Assembly (NCBI GenBank): GCA_002269645.1
Contig: NIVC01002219.1
Span: 68,909 to 132,908 of the forward strand
Origin: Macrostomum lignano
Taxonomy: Eukaryota
Direction of reading: 5' to 3'
DNA length: 64,000 nt
A program made the position numbers and the translations under genes. Below, piece by piece: positions 8,728-21,447 of the stretch. The notes beneath the pieces are model-generated. The model saw only the letters and a program-made list of their open reading frames with translations, searched no databases and had not been told where the DNA came from. Every line of letters starts with the position of its first letter. The first letter of the stretch is position 1.

Positions 8728-9069
8728 ATGGGCAACGCACTGTCAAAACAGGCGCCCCAGCCTCAGCAGCTATATGACTGCCCGATATGTTTAACTGATG
8801 ACTTGGCTGTCAAGCCACCGACTATTTGCATCAATGGACATAAAGTTTGCGGACAATGTTTAAGTGATTCACACTATATTCAGCCATGGCAGAATTGTCC
8901 CCTCTGTAGAGATAGTTTGCGACAATGTGCCTATTGTTATTCTTGGCGCACGTTTCAATATTGTAACCACCAACATTTTATTTGCATGCACTGTTTGAAG
9001 CAAACCGCTAGTAGGGGCGTTATAGGATGCCCCTTATGTAATAGTATGCCGCGAGACTGCACGTTTTGA
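8728..9069 (+). CDS. Accessory 113-aa protein: N-myristoylation motif plus two tandem C3HC4 RING fingers
   Basis: MGNALSK N-terminus; RING1 C-x2-C-x12-C-x3-H-x2-C-x2-C-x12-C-x2-C (8779-8907); RING2 C-x2-C-x8-C-x3-H-x2-C-x2-C-x11-C-x2-C (8926-9039); lies inside the element between pol and PPT. Confidence 0.85.
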   Translation: MGNALSKQAPQPQQLYDCPICLTDDLAVKPPTICINGHKVCGQCLSDSHYIQPWQNCPLCRDSLRQCAYCYSWRTFQYCNHQHFICMHCLKQTASRGVIGCPLCNSMPRDCTF

Positions 9070-9267
9070 AAGTGGTGTCGGATCAAACCTGATGCCACTT
9101 GATGTCTACGCGATATTCGAGTTTTGACCGCAATATGTACTGAAAAGTTTTTAGAGTTTTGACCAAACCCTCGCTTCACTAGACGCGCACAAAATCAATT
9201 GTTTATTTCCTATATTAACTGATCACCACAGAATTTTATTGTTAAAACTCGGGACGAGTTTTTTCGT

Positions 9268-9282
9268 AAAAAAGGGAGATTT
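9268..9282 (+). promoter_or_regulatory. Polypurine tract
   Basis: AAAAAAGGGAGATTT immediately before the TG start of the 3' LTR. Confidence 0.8.
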
Positions 9283-10146
9283 TGTAGAGTGTTCTACCTC
9301 CCGTTAAAAAAGGAAAAAAGAAGATAATCGTATAATACTACTATAAGTAAGTAAGTACACGCATGTGCGCCTAAGCTTTGAATGAATCACGCTACCAGAA
9401 AAAGATGTTACCAGAATAATACGCCATGAGCCATTTTCCCCTTTTAGCGCAACACGTGAATTGTCATGATACTATTTTGGATCAAAAACTTGTCTATAAA
9501 TACAAGCGATCTGAAGCGGTACCGGAGCCATTCTCCCCACGGAAGAGGAGCGCTCCGAAGAGGAAGCCTTAGGAGGACTTCCTGATCTACCAAGTCAATC
9601 GAGACTCGGTCGAGTTGTTGCGGTAAGCCTTCCTTATTTGCGCCCGTTGTGTTAGAGACGTCTCGCTCAAGTCTATTGAGACTTGAGTCTAATTGAGTCT
9701 GTTGAGACTCTTGAGTCTGTTTAGACTCCATTGGTTGCAGTCTCCAGAAGGACTGCCCCTGATAGATCTTAGAGGACTATCAGTGGTTTCCGGAGCTATA
9801 CCTAGAGTGCATAGAGGCACTGCTAGAAGAAGGAGGCTTAATTTAGACCGCAGTTTGGCGCAGGGTACCCATTGTTGCTACGAGGCCTCTGATTGGTCCT
9901 GACGGAAGATACCGGCCGGAAGAACTTATCGGAAGTACAAGAGGAACCAGGACCAGAGCAACTGAAGAATCAAGGCGCCTGATCTACGAGATCTACTGAC
10001 AAGTTCCTAGCGAGAACTACTCAAGAAATTCAAATCCGGATTAAAGGTAATTGAATACCTTCGTTTGACTTACTGGGTTGCCTAGCTGCTGAGCTAGAAG
10101 TGAGTGTTCTTTGATTACCAAAAGGCGGGTAATAAGGAACACATCA
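9283..10146 (+). mobile_element. 3' LTR (about 864 bp, TG...CA)
   Basis: Starts TGTAGAG after the PPT, ends ACATCA; TATAAA at 9495-9500; 9740-10146 matches 1-405. Confidence 0.9.
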
Positions 10147-10246
10147 CTTCTGCAGGGGCGGCTGCGTGTTCGGCGGCACCTGGACCGGCGACCAGGGCTT
10201 CGTGTCCGTGCTTCTAGAGTCGGCCGCCTGCGACTCGGGCACCTGA
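10147..10246 (+). pseudogene. 3' end of terminal exon of a PAN/glycine-rich gene paralog, interrupted by the retrotransposon
   Basis: Encodes FCRGGCVFGGTWTGDQGFVSVLLESAACDSGT*, near-identical to the last about 100 nt of the 27019-28871 CDS; downstream 10247-10810 also matches about 28872-29545. Confidence 0.9.
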
Positions 10247-12442
10247 TGGCACTGCAACCGCTTGTTGAAGTGGGGATTGGCCAGTAATATTTTAACTCTG
10301 ACGGTCACTGTTTAGGATATTCACAATCCTTAATCTGATTAGAGCGCTCTTCTATATGTAATCAATTTATACATTATGCTGTTAAACCAATGAATCAGTT
10401 TCAATACTACTCACCAACTTCTCATCACTAGTAGATTATGCGCATTTTAAAGTGCATAGCTTGAAACCCAAGCGATTTCAAGGCGAATCGTTGTGACTTT
10501 CACTCAAGACTTGTTATATTTCTGATCAGCTTCGCTTTCATGCTTAAAAACCATTTTGCTGTTTTCTTCCTGAAATCACGTCAAACTAAACTGTTATTTA
10601 ACTGATTATTGAATCTTTAACTGCTACTGATTTTGCACTCAGACAACTCAAAAGGTTTTTAATTCCGGCTAATTACGAACTAATAAATACTGAAAGCACT
10701 CGGATGTCCCATGCAAGCCGCTCGTCTTTTTTTCCTACCAGAGGATATCTGGAGGTTTTTTTGGACGAGCGGAATAAATCTGTGTGCTCAGCTGTCTTTC
10801 AGTGCCTGCTTCTGGCTTCTAAACGGAAAGCTTTATGAATATCAACCTTCTCTAACTATAAAAATAAAAACTGTGTGTGTGTGCAATTGAAGAGTTTAAG
10901 AGTGGTGATCAGTCACTCAAAAACCCCCACTTCTAGACACTGGGTACCCTAGGTACCCTAGTGCCTAGGTATAGGTAATGTCAAATAGCTCTTACTGCAG
11001 CGGAATCTTTAGTGGCTTGTAGACGTCTTGGTTTAGTTTAGGTGACTCGTTACCCCGGGAGTCCTCAACTTTTATCTGGGGGTTGACCAAAAACGAGAGC
11101 GAATCAGAACTTCTTGACGGTCCTCGAGCTCGGAATTAACAATAGAATGTGCGCCTTAATTAACAATCGAACTCTCTAAGTTTCTGTGACAGGTCCTCCT
11201 GAAGGGCGTCTTCTTCGTTGCGTCCGAAACGTAATGGATAACTCAATTAAATCAATAAATCCTGTAGGAATGTATCCTAGGAAACAAGGAGGCCTTTCTC
11301 AAATGTGTCGACAATAAACGGCTCTCCAGAACGGTGCTGTGCACTTTTAAACTTTGTCTGCTTTTTGTCAGCGAGACAGCCACCCCAATCTCCGCCTCTC
11401 TCTCCCCTTATCTGGCATGGCCAGGTGTGGAATATTGGGCTTTCAAAATTGACTAAAAATTCGGCTTCTATAAGTTTGCTCTACGTTAAGTGATTGACTT
11501 CAAACTTGACAAAATTCTTAATTGACTCATTCTGTGTCTAAATATAAAGTCTCGACTCTGTAACTTAATCAAAACAGAAACAGTAAAATGTGAAGTTTTT
11601 CTGCTTTTTCTGGTGTTAGGCCGCTCACCCATACATTCCCGCTCCCGCTCACCAAGGGTCAGGCGATAGGGCTGAATGTACATAGCAATGAACAGTGTTT
11701 TGGATGACTTTATTTATAGCCTTCTCTGCACCTTCGTGGAGAGGCTACGTTTAGCCATGACAGTTTAGTGACAAATTCTAACCCAGGCAGCAAACTCTGC
11801 AGCAGTTCATCAGTGGATGGCAACTCAAGGCAATGCAGCATCATGGTTATTGTAAAACTAAAATCGAAACATTTATGAAAAAGCGATTACAATACAAACC
11901 GACTAAGTTAGGTACATCATCGAAATTTTAACACCAAGTTTCACCTAAAGGTACTTTAAAATTAAATAGTCTATAAAGAAATGTGCATTTCCTTGATTGT
12001 CAGACTGCTGCAGACTGCAGTGGAGCTGGTAGTACACAAATTCCTATCGGGCTGCAAATTGGCCAGAAAGATGACGTGTCCAAAGCAGTCAGCAAGCGGC
12101 TAACGGAATGAAACAACCATGAGAGTACTACGTCCCAAAAACTGGCTATCGGAGCAGGGGTCGGCAGAATTTTACCTCAAAGGCCAGATGAAGAGTCCAG
12201 CTCATGGCTGCGGGCCAGATGAGAGTGGAAAGGAGAAATAATATAAGATTAGTAAAGAAAGGTGTTGGGCCTGGTGCGTGGGGGTTGGGCGTGGGCTTTT
12301 ACTCCGTGTATCGTTTGTGATTTTAACCCTGTGCGTGCGCCCTTTGTTTGTGCTCACGTTCTTTGCACGTCTCTGCTCTATCGTGACTTTAATCTACACT
12401 GTAGGTAATTTAGCCCTTGGGTTGGGGGGGCTGCTAATGGGT

Positions 12443-12780
12443 GAGAGAGAGAAGAGAGGAGAGAGAGGGGAGACAGAAGAGAAGAGAGAGAATGGAAAAG
12501 AGATGAGAGATTTGAGAGAAGAGAGAAGAGGGAAGAGAGTAGAGAGAGTATAGGAGAAATGAGAAATGAGAGGAGAGAGGAGAGGGAAGAGAGGAGAGAG
12601 GAGTGGGAAGAGGGAAGTGAGAGAAGATAGAGTAGACAGCAGAGACAAGAGGGAAGAGAGGAGAGAGGTGAGATGAGATGAGAAATGAGAAGAGATAAGA
12701 GAGCAGAGATATAAGAGGAGAAAGGAGAGATGAGATGACAAGATAGAGAAGTTTCAAAGGACTCAAGGGACGTAGAGAGA
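12443..12780. repeat. GA-rich low-complexity tract
   Basis: Almost purely purine on the + strand. Confidence 0.9.
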
Positions 12781-12816
12781 GGCAGGGGCCAGAGACCGGA
12801 GTTTACCAATGCCTGC

Positions 12817-12888
12817 TTTAGACAGACATTGCCCGACATTCTGCGCGGCACCCCAGCCGACGAGATCAATGCTTCACTCAAACCTTAA
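12817..12888 (+). mobile_element. Helitron PIF1-like helicase remnant
   Basis: Translates FRQTLPDILRGTPADEINASLK, matching the Helitron helicase motif DFRQTLPVIPRSTPADEINACLK; related degenerate copy at 50759-50820. Confidence 0.65.
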
Positions 12889-13977
12889 TTTAACACGAAT
12901 GTACTCCATTTTATGTTTCCTCTATCTTAAGTATTAGCAAGTTTTTGTTTGAGTATGACTTCAGATTTAAGAATGCATTTAAAATAGTTCCGGGTATTTG
13001 AATTCTGCGGGTTCAAAATCCATGTTTTAGAACATTGCGGATTCAAAATAGCTTATTTTATAGCTATTTATTAGTTTGTAAATTTATTACAGAACGTGCT
13101 CGCTTTTGTGAAATATGAAATCATACTACTGTCATAAGCATGAAAACTTCGCAGCGCTTATCTCGAATTCATACAAGCCATGTTTCTTCCAATAGAATAA
13201 AGTAAATCCAATATAAATTTTTGTATTCATAAATTTTTGGTTGTTTGTCAATATCCTCATTTCAAATTTACTTTGGAGAACCTGGTCTGGATATGTCAGT
13301 TGACTGCACCGATGAAGCGCTATTTGAAAAAGTTGTGCAAATTTCGTTTAGAGCCATTTGATCCCAGTCCAAAACCTAGGATAGGCTCCATTATTTGAGC
13401 GAATTTCAGATCCGGTTGTGAAACTCCAACAAAGAATCTACATTCAGCAGCTGCTCTGTTTGTAAAACCTGAGAGTTTGCACAGCGCGTTGAGCTTTTAG
13501 TGATCGCTGCAAAAAGGAGTATCATTCTTTATACTGGCATTGATTCATCTCAGCTTTCTGACATTTTGCATATTTCCTGTTTTTTGACTAAGTTGATGTC
13601 TTCATTAGCTACACTGCAGATTCGTTGCGCCCCTAGTTCAATTCCTGTTGCTAAATCGCAGTTGTCAGTTAGGTGCGGTTTGTCTACACGTAGGAGAATA
13701 TGGCAGGCTAGGAACAACGGTTAAAGTTGCAGTTCACACACACAGGTAGACCAGCTGCAACCGTTTTGCACCGGCAGGCATTGGCTCCAATAATTTTAAG
13801 GCAATGCAATCTTCTGATTGGCATCTCAGAGGCTGAGAAGCTAATTGGCTCAGAAACGTATTATGAGTATATACTTCGTGCAGCACAGAAATGAAAATAC
13901 ACCAACACGTCCCAGCTCTAAAAAGCAAGTCTGAGTACTAAAAAATTATTTTCTTAGGAAAGCAAGCCATAATAGCC

Positions 13978-14642
13978 ATGTTTTCACTCCTAGAAGCTGC
14001 CTGCTGCCTGCTCAGCCTGCTGTCCGTTGCGTCCGGCGTCTGCGTCCGCTTCCGCGTCGTCTCCGGTTGCCCCGGAAACGTGACCGGCCTGTCGCAGGTC
14101 AGCGGAGTCCGAGACCCTCGCGCCTGCTCGGTGGAGTGCGCAGTGCGACCCAACTGCACCGCCGTGTTCAAGCGAGACCGCACTTGCTATCTGGCCACTG
14201 CCGCTCAGCATGAGGCGCTGTGGAGACCCCTGGACTGCAGCAGCGAGGTCAGTCGGCTCTCTGTCATTTCTTTTTGTCTTGTGTTAATATTTCTTATTAT
14301 GAATTGTATTAGCCAAACATTGCAACAGAAATTGACGTATGCAATCGTTTCCTTTAGGTTGTAGATGAGAGGAGATTGGTCACTGATACAACCGACAGTA
14401 TTGAGTCTGTTGCAGCCTCCAACAGTGTCACAGCTCCAACTAGCCATGAAATTGCAGTTTCCACTACCAGCCAGCTTCCCTGCTCTCTAGCCAACCAGCC
14501 TTGCACATTCGATAACTCCTATCTGGCCGATTGCACCAGTGAAACAAAATTTCTGCAATGCGACGGTAGTAAATATGTGCAAAAGACTTGTGGGTCTGGA
14601 ACAAAGTGGTCAGCGGCTCTGAAAACGTGCGTTAACATTTAA
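13978..14642 (+). CDS. Secreted PAN/apple + Thr/Ser linker + chitin-binding type-2 (CBM14)-like protein, 184 aa (P1)
   Basis: Exons 13978-14247 and 14358-14642 (GT-AG, phase 0); signal peptide MFSLLEAACCLLSLLSVASG; CSVECAVRPNCTAVFKRDRTC PAN motif; C-terminal DCTSETKFLQCDGSKYVQKTCGSGTKWSAALKTC. Confidence 0.8.
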
Positions 14643-15995
14643 ATCTGAATCTAACGGTCAGCTGTGAAGTCAACTATTGCTATCACTTTGTGGTCATCGT
14701 AGCACTCAGTAATACTCGTATTTGGTTTTCTTACTATGAGGTACTTCTGGCTAGCTTTTCTGAGAACTGCTAACACAAGCTGAAAAAATGTAAATGTGGG
14801 ATTGACGTGGTTAGGTTGAAGATAATATCGGGATGAAGTATGCGAAAGTTAGAAAAGCTGCTGGCAACTGCAGATGGCTTTGAATTGTGAGCGGCACAAG
14901 GGGCTTTCTAAGGGCGGGCTTGAGTGCAGGAAAAGAAATACAAAAGGCGGGCACAGACAAGACGCGTGAGTGAGATCCCGAGTGAATTTCATAGGCTTTC
15001 CTATTCTAAAAAAGTACTGGGGAAAGATGACACGCCTGTCACCAAATCCAAAGGCGGAACGATACAGCGAAAAGAATTCATGAGGATAAGAAAGAATTGA
15101 TGTGCATCAGACACACAGGAGCTGGTAATTCATGCAGCTGCGTCGAAGAAAATGTGCATCGATGCGTTTCTTTTAGCTCTTAACTGTTTTCCCAAAATTT
15201 CATGTCTCAACTCTAGAATTCTATCTTTATCCAGAATTTTGTGAAAAACTCGTCCTTACTTTTAAATTCGCTTTGTTATAAAGTCAAAGACCTCTTATCT
15301 GCGTATGTTTTAAACGCATTGGTCTTAATTTACTAAGATATTTTATCTAAGATATTTTATCTTCAAATCATTTTACTTCTTTAATATCCTTGTTATAGTC
15401 AATAGTTTCTGTGCTTCTTTAGAGCACCCTATTCCTCCTTGTCTTGTCCTTGTACAATGGTCCTTGGGTAAAAGCGAAATGACACAGCGAAACAAATTCG
15501 AGGAGACAAGAGGGCAATTCATGTGTAGCAGTTATTGAAAATAATATTTATTCAACGCTTTTTCACTAAATTTCCCCCCTCTTCTCAGTAGAATTAGCAG
15601 GAGTCAAAAATGAAATGAGTAAAACTTGTTTTTCCCTTTTACGTTTGCAATTTGTTATAAAGTGAAGGACCTCTTTGTCTGCAGGTAGAAAATTTATTTG
15701 AAGGTTAAATATCGTTTCAATTGTTTTGCAATAGAAATTTTTGCAGATAATTAATCTTTTTAGGAATTTAATTGTCACTTCTTGGCAAAAAAGGAAACTT
15801 GGGAAGATTATGAACTTTATTAATATGCTCCGTTTTGTTAAACTTGTTTTTAAGCTCTTCGATGTTAATTATAAAAACAAAATGCATATTTTAGTCGAAT
15901 ATTTTAACCTATAACGTCTTTATTATATTACTAATTAGTTTCTTTTTCCTTTTTGTCGTTTTGGGTCGTCGTGAGACAACAGTTGTACACCATAG

Positions 15996-16492
15996 GACAA
16001 CCGGGAGAGAGTGGGATAAACGGTTCCGACAGCCTGGGTGGCCACACCCTCTTCACGCGATTCGGCGGCACCAACGGTCAGCCGGGCTCTAACAGCCCCG
16101 CTAGCACCCCAAGCCATAGCAACCACGGCGGCTGCGGCGCCGGCTGGCTCGGCAGGGCCGTCAGCCCCAGACGGAGCTCCTCGGACGGAGAGAGAGGCGG
16201 CAGTCTAGCCGACGGCTGGGTCGGCGGCAGCGCCGGAAATGGCAGCGTCTGCAACGGAGGCTTCGGGGGAGGCGGCGGAGGCGGCAGCAGGACCAGCTCA
16301 GTGAGAGGCACCGCGGGAGGCGGCGGCGGCTTCAGCGGTGGCGGAGCCGGACTGGGCTTCGGTCACATCGGCGGCGGCGGCTCCTTCTGCAGGGACGGCT
16401 GCGTGTTCGGCGGCACCTGGACCGGCGACCAGGGCTTCGTGTCGGTCCTGCTGGAGTCGGCCTCAGCCGCGTGTGACTCATCAGACACCTGA
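15996..16492 (+). pseudogene. Orphan terminal exon of a PAN/glycine-rich gene (open frame; upstream exons not found nearby)
   Basis: CATAG acceptor at 15991-15995 in the same phase as exon 4 of the intact paralogs; GQPGESGINGSDS...FCRDGCVFGGTWTGDQGF; the preceding sequence lacks exon 2/3 homology. Confidence 0.7.
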
Positions 16493-17364
16493 TGGCAGTG
16501 CAACCGCTTTTTGAAGCTGTTTGAAGCTTGGCCAGTCATATTTTTACTTGGATTGTCACTGATTGATGCTGCTTATTTTGGAACCTTGACGTATTCAGAG
16601 TCGGTAAAAATAGGTGTAACAACTCTGATTAGTTGGCTATTCTAAATGTAATCAATACCTGCATCATTTTTGTTTGGGCGATAAAATTGTGAATTCAAAA
16701 CATTCATCCTTATACGCGCTCGTACTCGTACTGCTAGGAATGAGAACAGTGTTGAATTTCAGAGTTGAGTAACTCCAAATCTAACTACTTACTGACTTGT
16801 CATCACTAGTAGTGTGTGCGCATTTTAAAATTCCATGAGCCAGGCGATCATCGTTGTGTCACCTTTACTCAACATTTGTTATTCTCAACCCAAAGGAAAT
16901 TTTCTTCAATACGCTTTTTGCCTTTTCTGAAAGCACGTCAAGCTAAATTGCCATTGAACTGATTGTTGAATCTTTCCCATCTTTAAGCACAGAAAGCTCA
17001 AAAAATTCTCAATTCTCAATAATTAATAAATACTCAATGCACTCGTCTGTCTGCAACCGCAGGTACTTTTTCCTGCCATGGGTTGCCATGCTGTATTTGC
17101 TGGCTCAGAAATTAGTGTTACAGCTTAAGCTGTGTTTAAGCCTTAACTTTTGCAGCTCAGTGCGTTGATGGGAATGTTTTTTTATTCTTGGGTAAAAGGT
17201 TAGGACCGACAGACTCTAATGCAATACAGCCAAACTGAATGCTCAAAGCAAACTGCTGGGATTTGTTTGCCCACAGCAACAACCACGACGTGTAAAATAA
17301 ATTACTCAGGGTTCAATATAAACTTCTGAAAGATGCATTGGGTCGCAGAGAGATGCAGGGACGT

Positions 17365-17895
17365 GGTAGAAACGCAGGGAGGTGTTGGGAGATGCCAGAG
17401 AGGTGGTAGAGATGCAGGGAGGTGAAAGAGATATGCAGGGAGATAGTAGAGATGCAGGGAGATAGTAGAGATGCAGGGAGATAGTAGAGATGCAGGGAGA
17501 TAGTAGAGATGCAGGGAGGTGAAAGAGATATGCAGGGAGATAGTAGAGATGCAGGGAGGTGAAAGAGATATGCAGGGAGATAGTAGAGATGCAGGGAGGT
17601 GACAGAGATATGCAGGGAGATAGTAGAGACGCAGGGAGGTGAAAGAGATATGCAGGGAGATAGTAGAGATGCAGGGAGGTGAAAGAGATATGCAGGGAGA
17701 TAGTAGAGATGCAGGGAGGTGACAGAGATATGCAGGGAGATAGTAGAGACGCAGGGAGGTGAAAGAGATATGCAGGGAGATAGTAGAGATGCAGGGAGGT
17801 GAAAGAGATATGCAGGGAGATAGTAGAGATGCAGGGAGGTGAAAGAGATATGTGGGGAGATAGTAGAGATGCAGGGAGGTGAAAGAGATATGCAG
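17365..17895. repeat. 40-bp minisatellite (19+21-bp subunits) with 120-bp higher-order variants
   Basis: GCAGGGAGATAGTAGAGATGCAGGGAGGTGAAAGAGATAT repeated; a degenerate relative at about 25950-26110 has homologous flanks. Confidence 0.9.
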
Positions 17896-18195
17896 TGATA
17901 GAATTCATACTTTCCTGCTACGGCTCTTGTAAATCACCCACCCACATGACCCTACATTGTCAAAGTGATCATTCAACTACTTCCAAATACTCAAGTAAAC
18001 ACACTTTTGAAGGGATAGATTCTGAGAGTCGTCAGTCAACCTTTTGTTTCGGAGCACATGTTAAAGATTTTACTGAGCATATACTGGGTATGTACTCATA
18101 TAACACGACAACAAAACTACACAACACGTCTCAAATGGAAGAAGCCAGTCTTAAAAGCAAACATTATTTTCATCTGAAAACAAACCCTAAACTCA

Positions 18196-18368
18196 ATGTT
18201 TATAAAAGCTGCTTGCTGCTCAGCCTTCTCCGATTGCGACCGACCTGGTGCAGGTCAGCGGCCGGAGTTCGAGACCCTCGCGCCTGCTCGGTAGAGTGCG
18301 CAGTGCGATCCAACTGCACCGCCGTGTTCAAGCGAGACGGCACCTGCTATCTGGCCACTGCCGCTCAG
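18196..18368 (+). pseudogene. Internally deleted PAN exon fragment of the PAN-CBM14 family
   Basis: GVRDPRACSVECAVRSNCTAVFKRDGTCYLATAAQ, with the signal/N-terminal part deleted and no exon 2. Confidence 0.8.
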
Positions 18369-19072
18369 GTTTGACGCCTTTGGAAGAAAATTGACCATGA
18401 TTTCATCAATTTGACTATTCATATTGGTAGTTAATTTGCTCATATTTACAGAGCCACTTTGCCCCTAGCATTTTCAGGTAAGTCTAAGGCTATTTGTTTA
18501 TTTATTTCAAAGTCACCACTCTACGAAATGAAATCGCACAATTGCCATCGGCATGCAAACTTCGCAGAGCTCTCTCGAATTCAGACAAGTCATTTTACTC
18601 CTAGAAAAAAGTAAATCCAATATCAATTTTTGTATTCACTGCCAGCCGGATGTGTGTCAATTTCCTCACTTCAAATTTACTTTGTACGAGCTAGAACCTG
18701 GGTGGATACTGCAGTTGAAACTCGTGGAGCATTATCCAGTAATTTAGAGAAGTTATGCGAATTTCGTTTAGAGTCATTTGATCCCAGTCCAAACCTAGGC
18801 TGGGCTTCATATCTGAGCGAAATTCAGGTCCGGTTGTGAAACTCAAACATAGAGTCTACATACACCAGCTGCTCTCTTTGTACAACCTGGGAGTTTGCAC
18901 AGCGCGTTCAGCCTTTTGGGATCATCGCTTCGAAATGGACTATCATTCTTTTTACTGGCATTGATCGATCTTAGCTTTCTGATATTTTGCATATTCCTGT
19001 TTTCTGACAAAGTTGACGCCTTCATTAGCTACACTGCAGATTCGTTGTGCCCCTAGTTCGATTCCTGTTGCT

Positions 19073-19408
19073 AATTAGGAGCTACTGAACACGACAAACT
19101 TGGCCTGCACATGTAGGTTGTTTTAAGATACACAGCCATGAGGGCCGAACTCCCCAAATTAGGAGCTACTGAGCACGACAAACTTGGCCTGCACATGTAG
19201 GTTGTTGTAAGATACACAGCCATGAGGGCCGACCTCCCCAAATTAGGAGCTACTGAGCACGACACACTTGGCCTGCACATGTAGGTTGTTGTAAGATTCA
19301 CAGCCATGAGGGCCGACCTCCCCAAATTAGGAGCTACTGAGCACGACACACTTGGCCTGCACATGTAGGTTGTTGTAAGATTCACAGCCATGACGGCCGA
19401 CCTCCCCA
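19073..19408. repeat. 84-bp tandem repeat x4
   Basis: AATTAGGAGC unit starts at 19073, 19157, 19241, 19325. Confidence 0.95.
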
Positions 19409-19740
19409 AGGCACAGACAGTGTTCATGCCTGCCGATTAGAAAGTCAGGATTGCTGTACACTCTGTGTGAGTATGTTTATGAGTATTGGCGCGCTTATGT
19501 GCTCAGAAGTCAGAGGAATGGGTAACTTTAAGCGAAAATACAACAGAGAGATCTGGCGCGCATGAGCACTGTGCAGACAGCTACAATGGGCTAAAATGAA
19601 CATTTTATTATGTTTTTTGCGGCACGAGTTTGCGTATAACTAAACATTCTCGAAACGTCTTGTTTCCCTGTTTCCTTCGTTGGGAAATGAGATCGCAAAA
19701 ACAAATTTACTGAATCATAATGCCTGATTTGCTCTAAAGC

Positions 19741-19805
19741 CAGACGGCACCTGCTATCTGGCCACTGCCGCTCAGTATTTGGCGCTGTGGAGACCCCTGG
19801 ACTGC
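19741..19805 (+). pseudogene. Short PAN exon fragment
   Basis: DGTCYLATAAQYLALWRPLDC matches the 3' end of exon 1 of the PAN-CBM14 genes. Confidence 0.7.
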
Positions 19806-20545
19806 GTCAGCATGTTCTCTGCGATGCTTTCAAGAGAAAAATCTTTGATATAAGGTTCATCGTTTTGATGTTTAATTGAATATTGGTAGGTTATCTGCTC
19901 ATATTAACAGTGGCACATTTCTAGGTAATGCAGGAGAGGCGGGTATTCCTTACCTACAAAAAGTACTTTAAATGTCTGTCCTTTTGTTGAAATCCATTTT
20001 TATTGTTCAATCATCGAACGGACCAGTTAGAAAAAGTAGCATAATGGCCAGCTTAAGTGCATAAATAATTCACTTCAAGTTCGACACATTCAATTTAGTG
20101 GCGACCAACCAACTCAGAGTTACTAAAAGACCAAGTCAGGTGCATCAAATAGTCATTTCAAGTAGCAGAATCTGGGCTTCTGAGTATTTCTCTTCCGCCT
20201 AGGAATAACGAACACGGAGGTGCCAGTCTGTCATCGTTTAATTTGCACTTGACTCGGCTATTTAATTGCAGGTAAACTGAATTATATGCTTTCAGGGCTT
20301 TCTCCAATTTAGCTGCAGCCCGACGTTTGTCAATTCCCACACTCTAAATTTACTTTGTAGAACCTGACCTGTACACTGCAGTTGACCACGCAGTTTTATC
20401 CGCAAATGTAGGGAGAAAATGGTGCAAATTTTTCTGTCAGTTATTTGACTGAAAACCAAGGTTAGGGTTCATTATTTGACCAAAATTCAGATCCGGTTCC
20501 GAAACTCAAATAACAAATCTCCGTTTAGCAGCAACTTTACTTTTC

Positions 20546-21447
<902 letters not shown>

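Larger units (their letters stand above)
1..10146 (+). mobile_element. Ty3/Gypsy LTR retrotransposon with env-like gene (LTR-PBS-gag::env-pol-RING ORF-PPT-LTR); 5' LTR truncated by window edge
   Basis: Direct repeat 1-405 vs 9740-10146; PBS and PPT adjacent to LTRs; pol domain order PR-RT-RNaseH-IN. Confidence 0.97.

Noticed and set aside
9444-9902. ORFs within the 3' LTR
   Set aside because: Short, no motifs, and partly derived from internal GAGTCT/GAGACT repeats.
10872-11410. Possible second LTR on the minus strand (TG...CA with an adjacent purine tract at 11379-11410)
   Set aside because: No second copy, no TSD and no associated coding remnant recognised; cannot be supported from this window.
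12378-12881. Leu/Ser-rich hydrophobic ORFs (also 48070-48411, 49994-50383, 50523-50756)
   Set aside because: Translations of GA/CT low-complexity tracts.
16078-16311. Poly-Pro antisense ORFs opposite the Gly-rich exons (also 23456-23773 and 23897-24322)
   Set aside because: Antisense shadows of GGC/GGA-rich coding sequence.
17306-17908. 200-aa Leu/Ser/Pro/Cys repeat ORF
   Set aside because: Translation of the 40/120-bp minisatellite.
19071-19427. 28-aa repeat ORF with an ankyrin-like GRSALMA word
   Set aside because: The period is 28, not 33 aa; it lacks the ankyrin helix pattern and is simply the open frame of an 84-bp tandem repeat.
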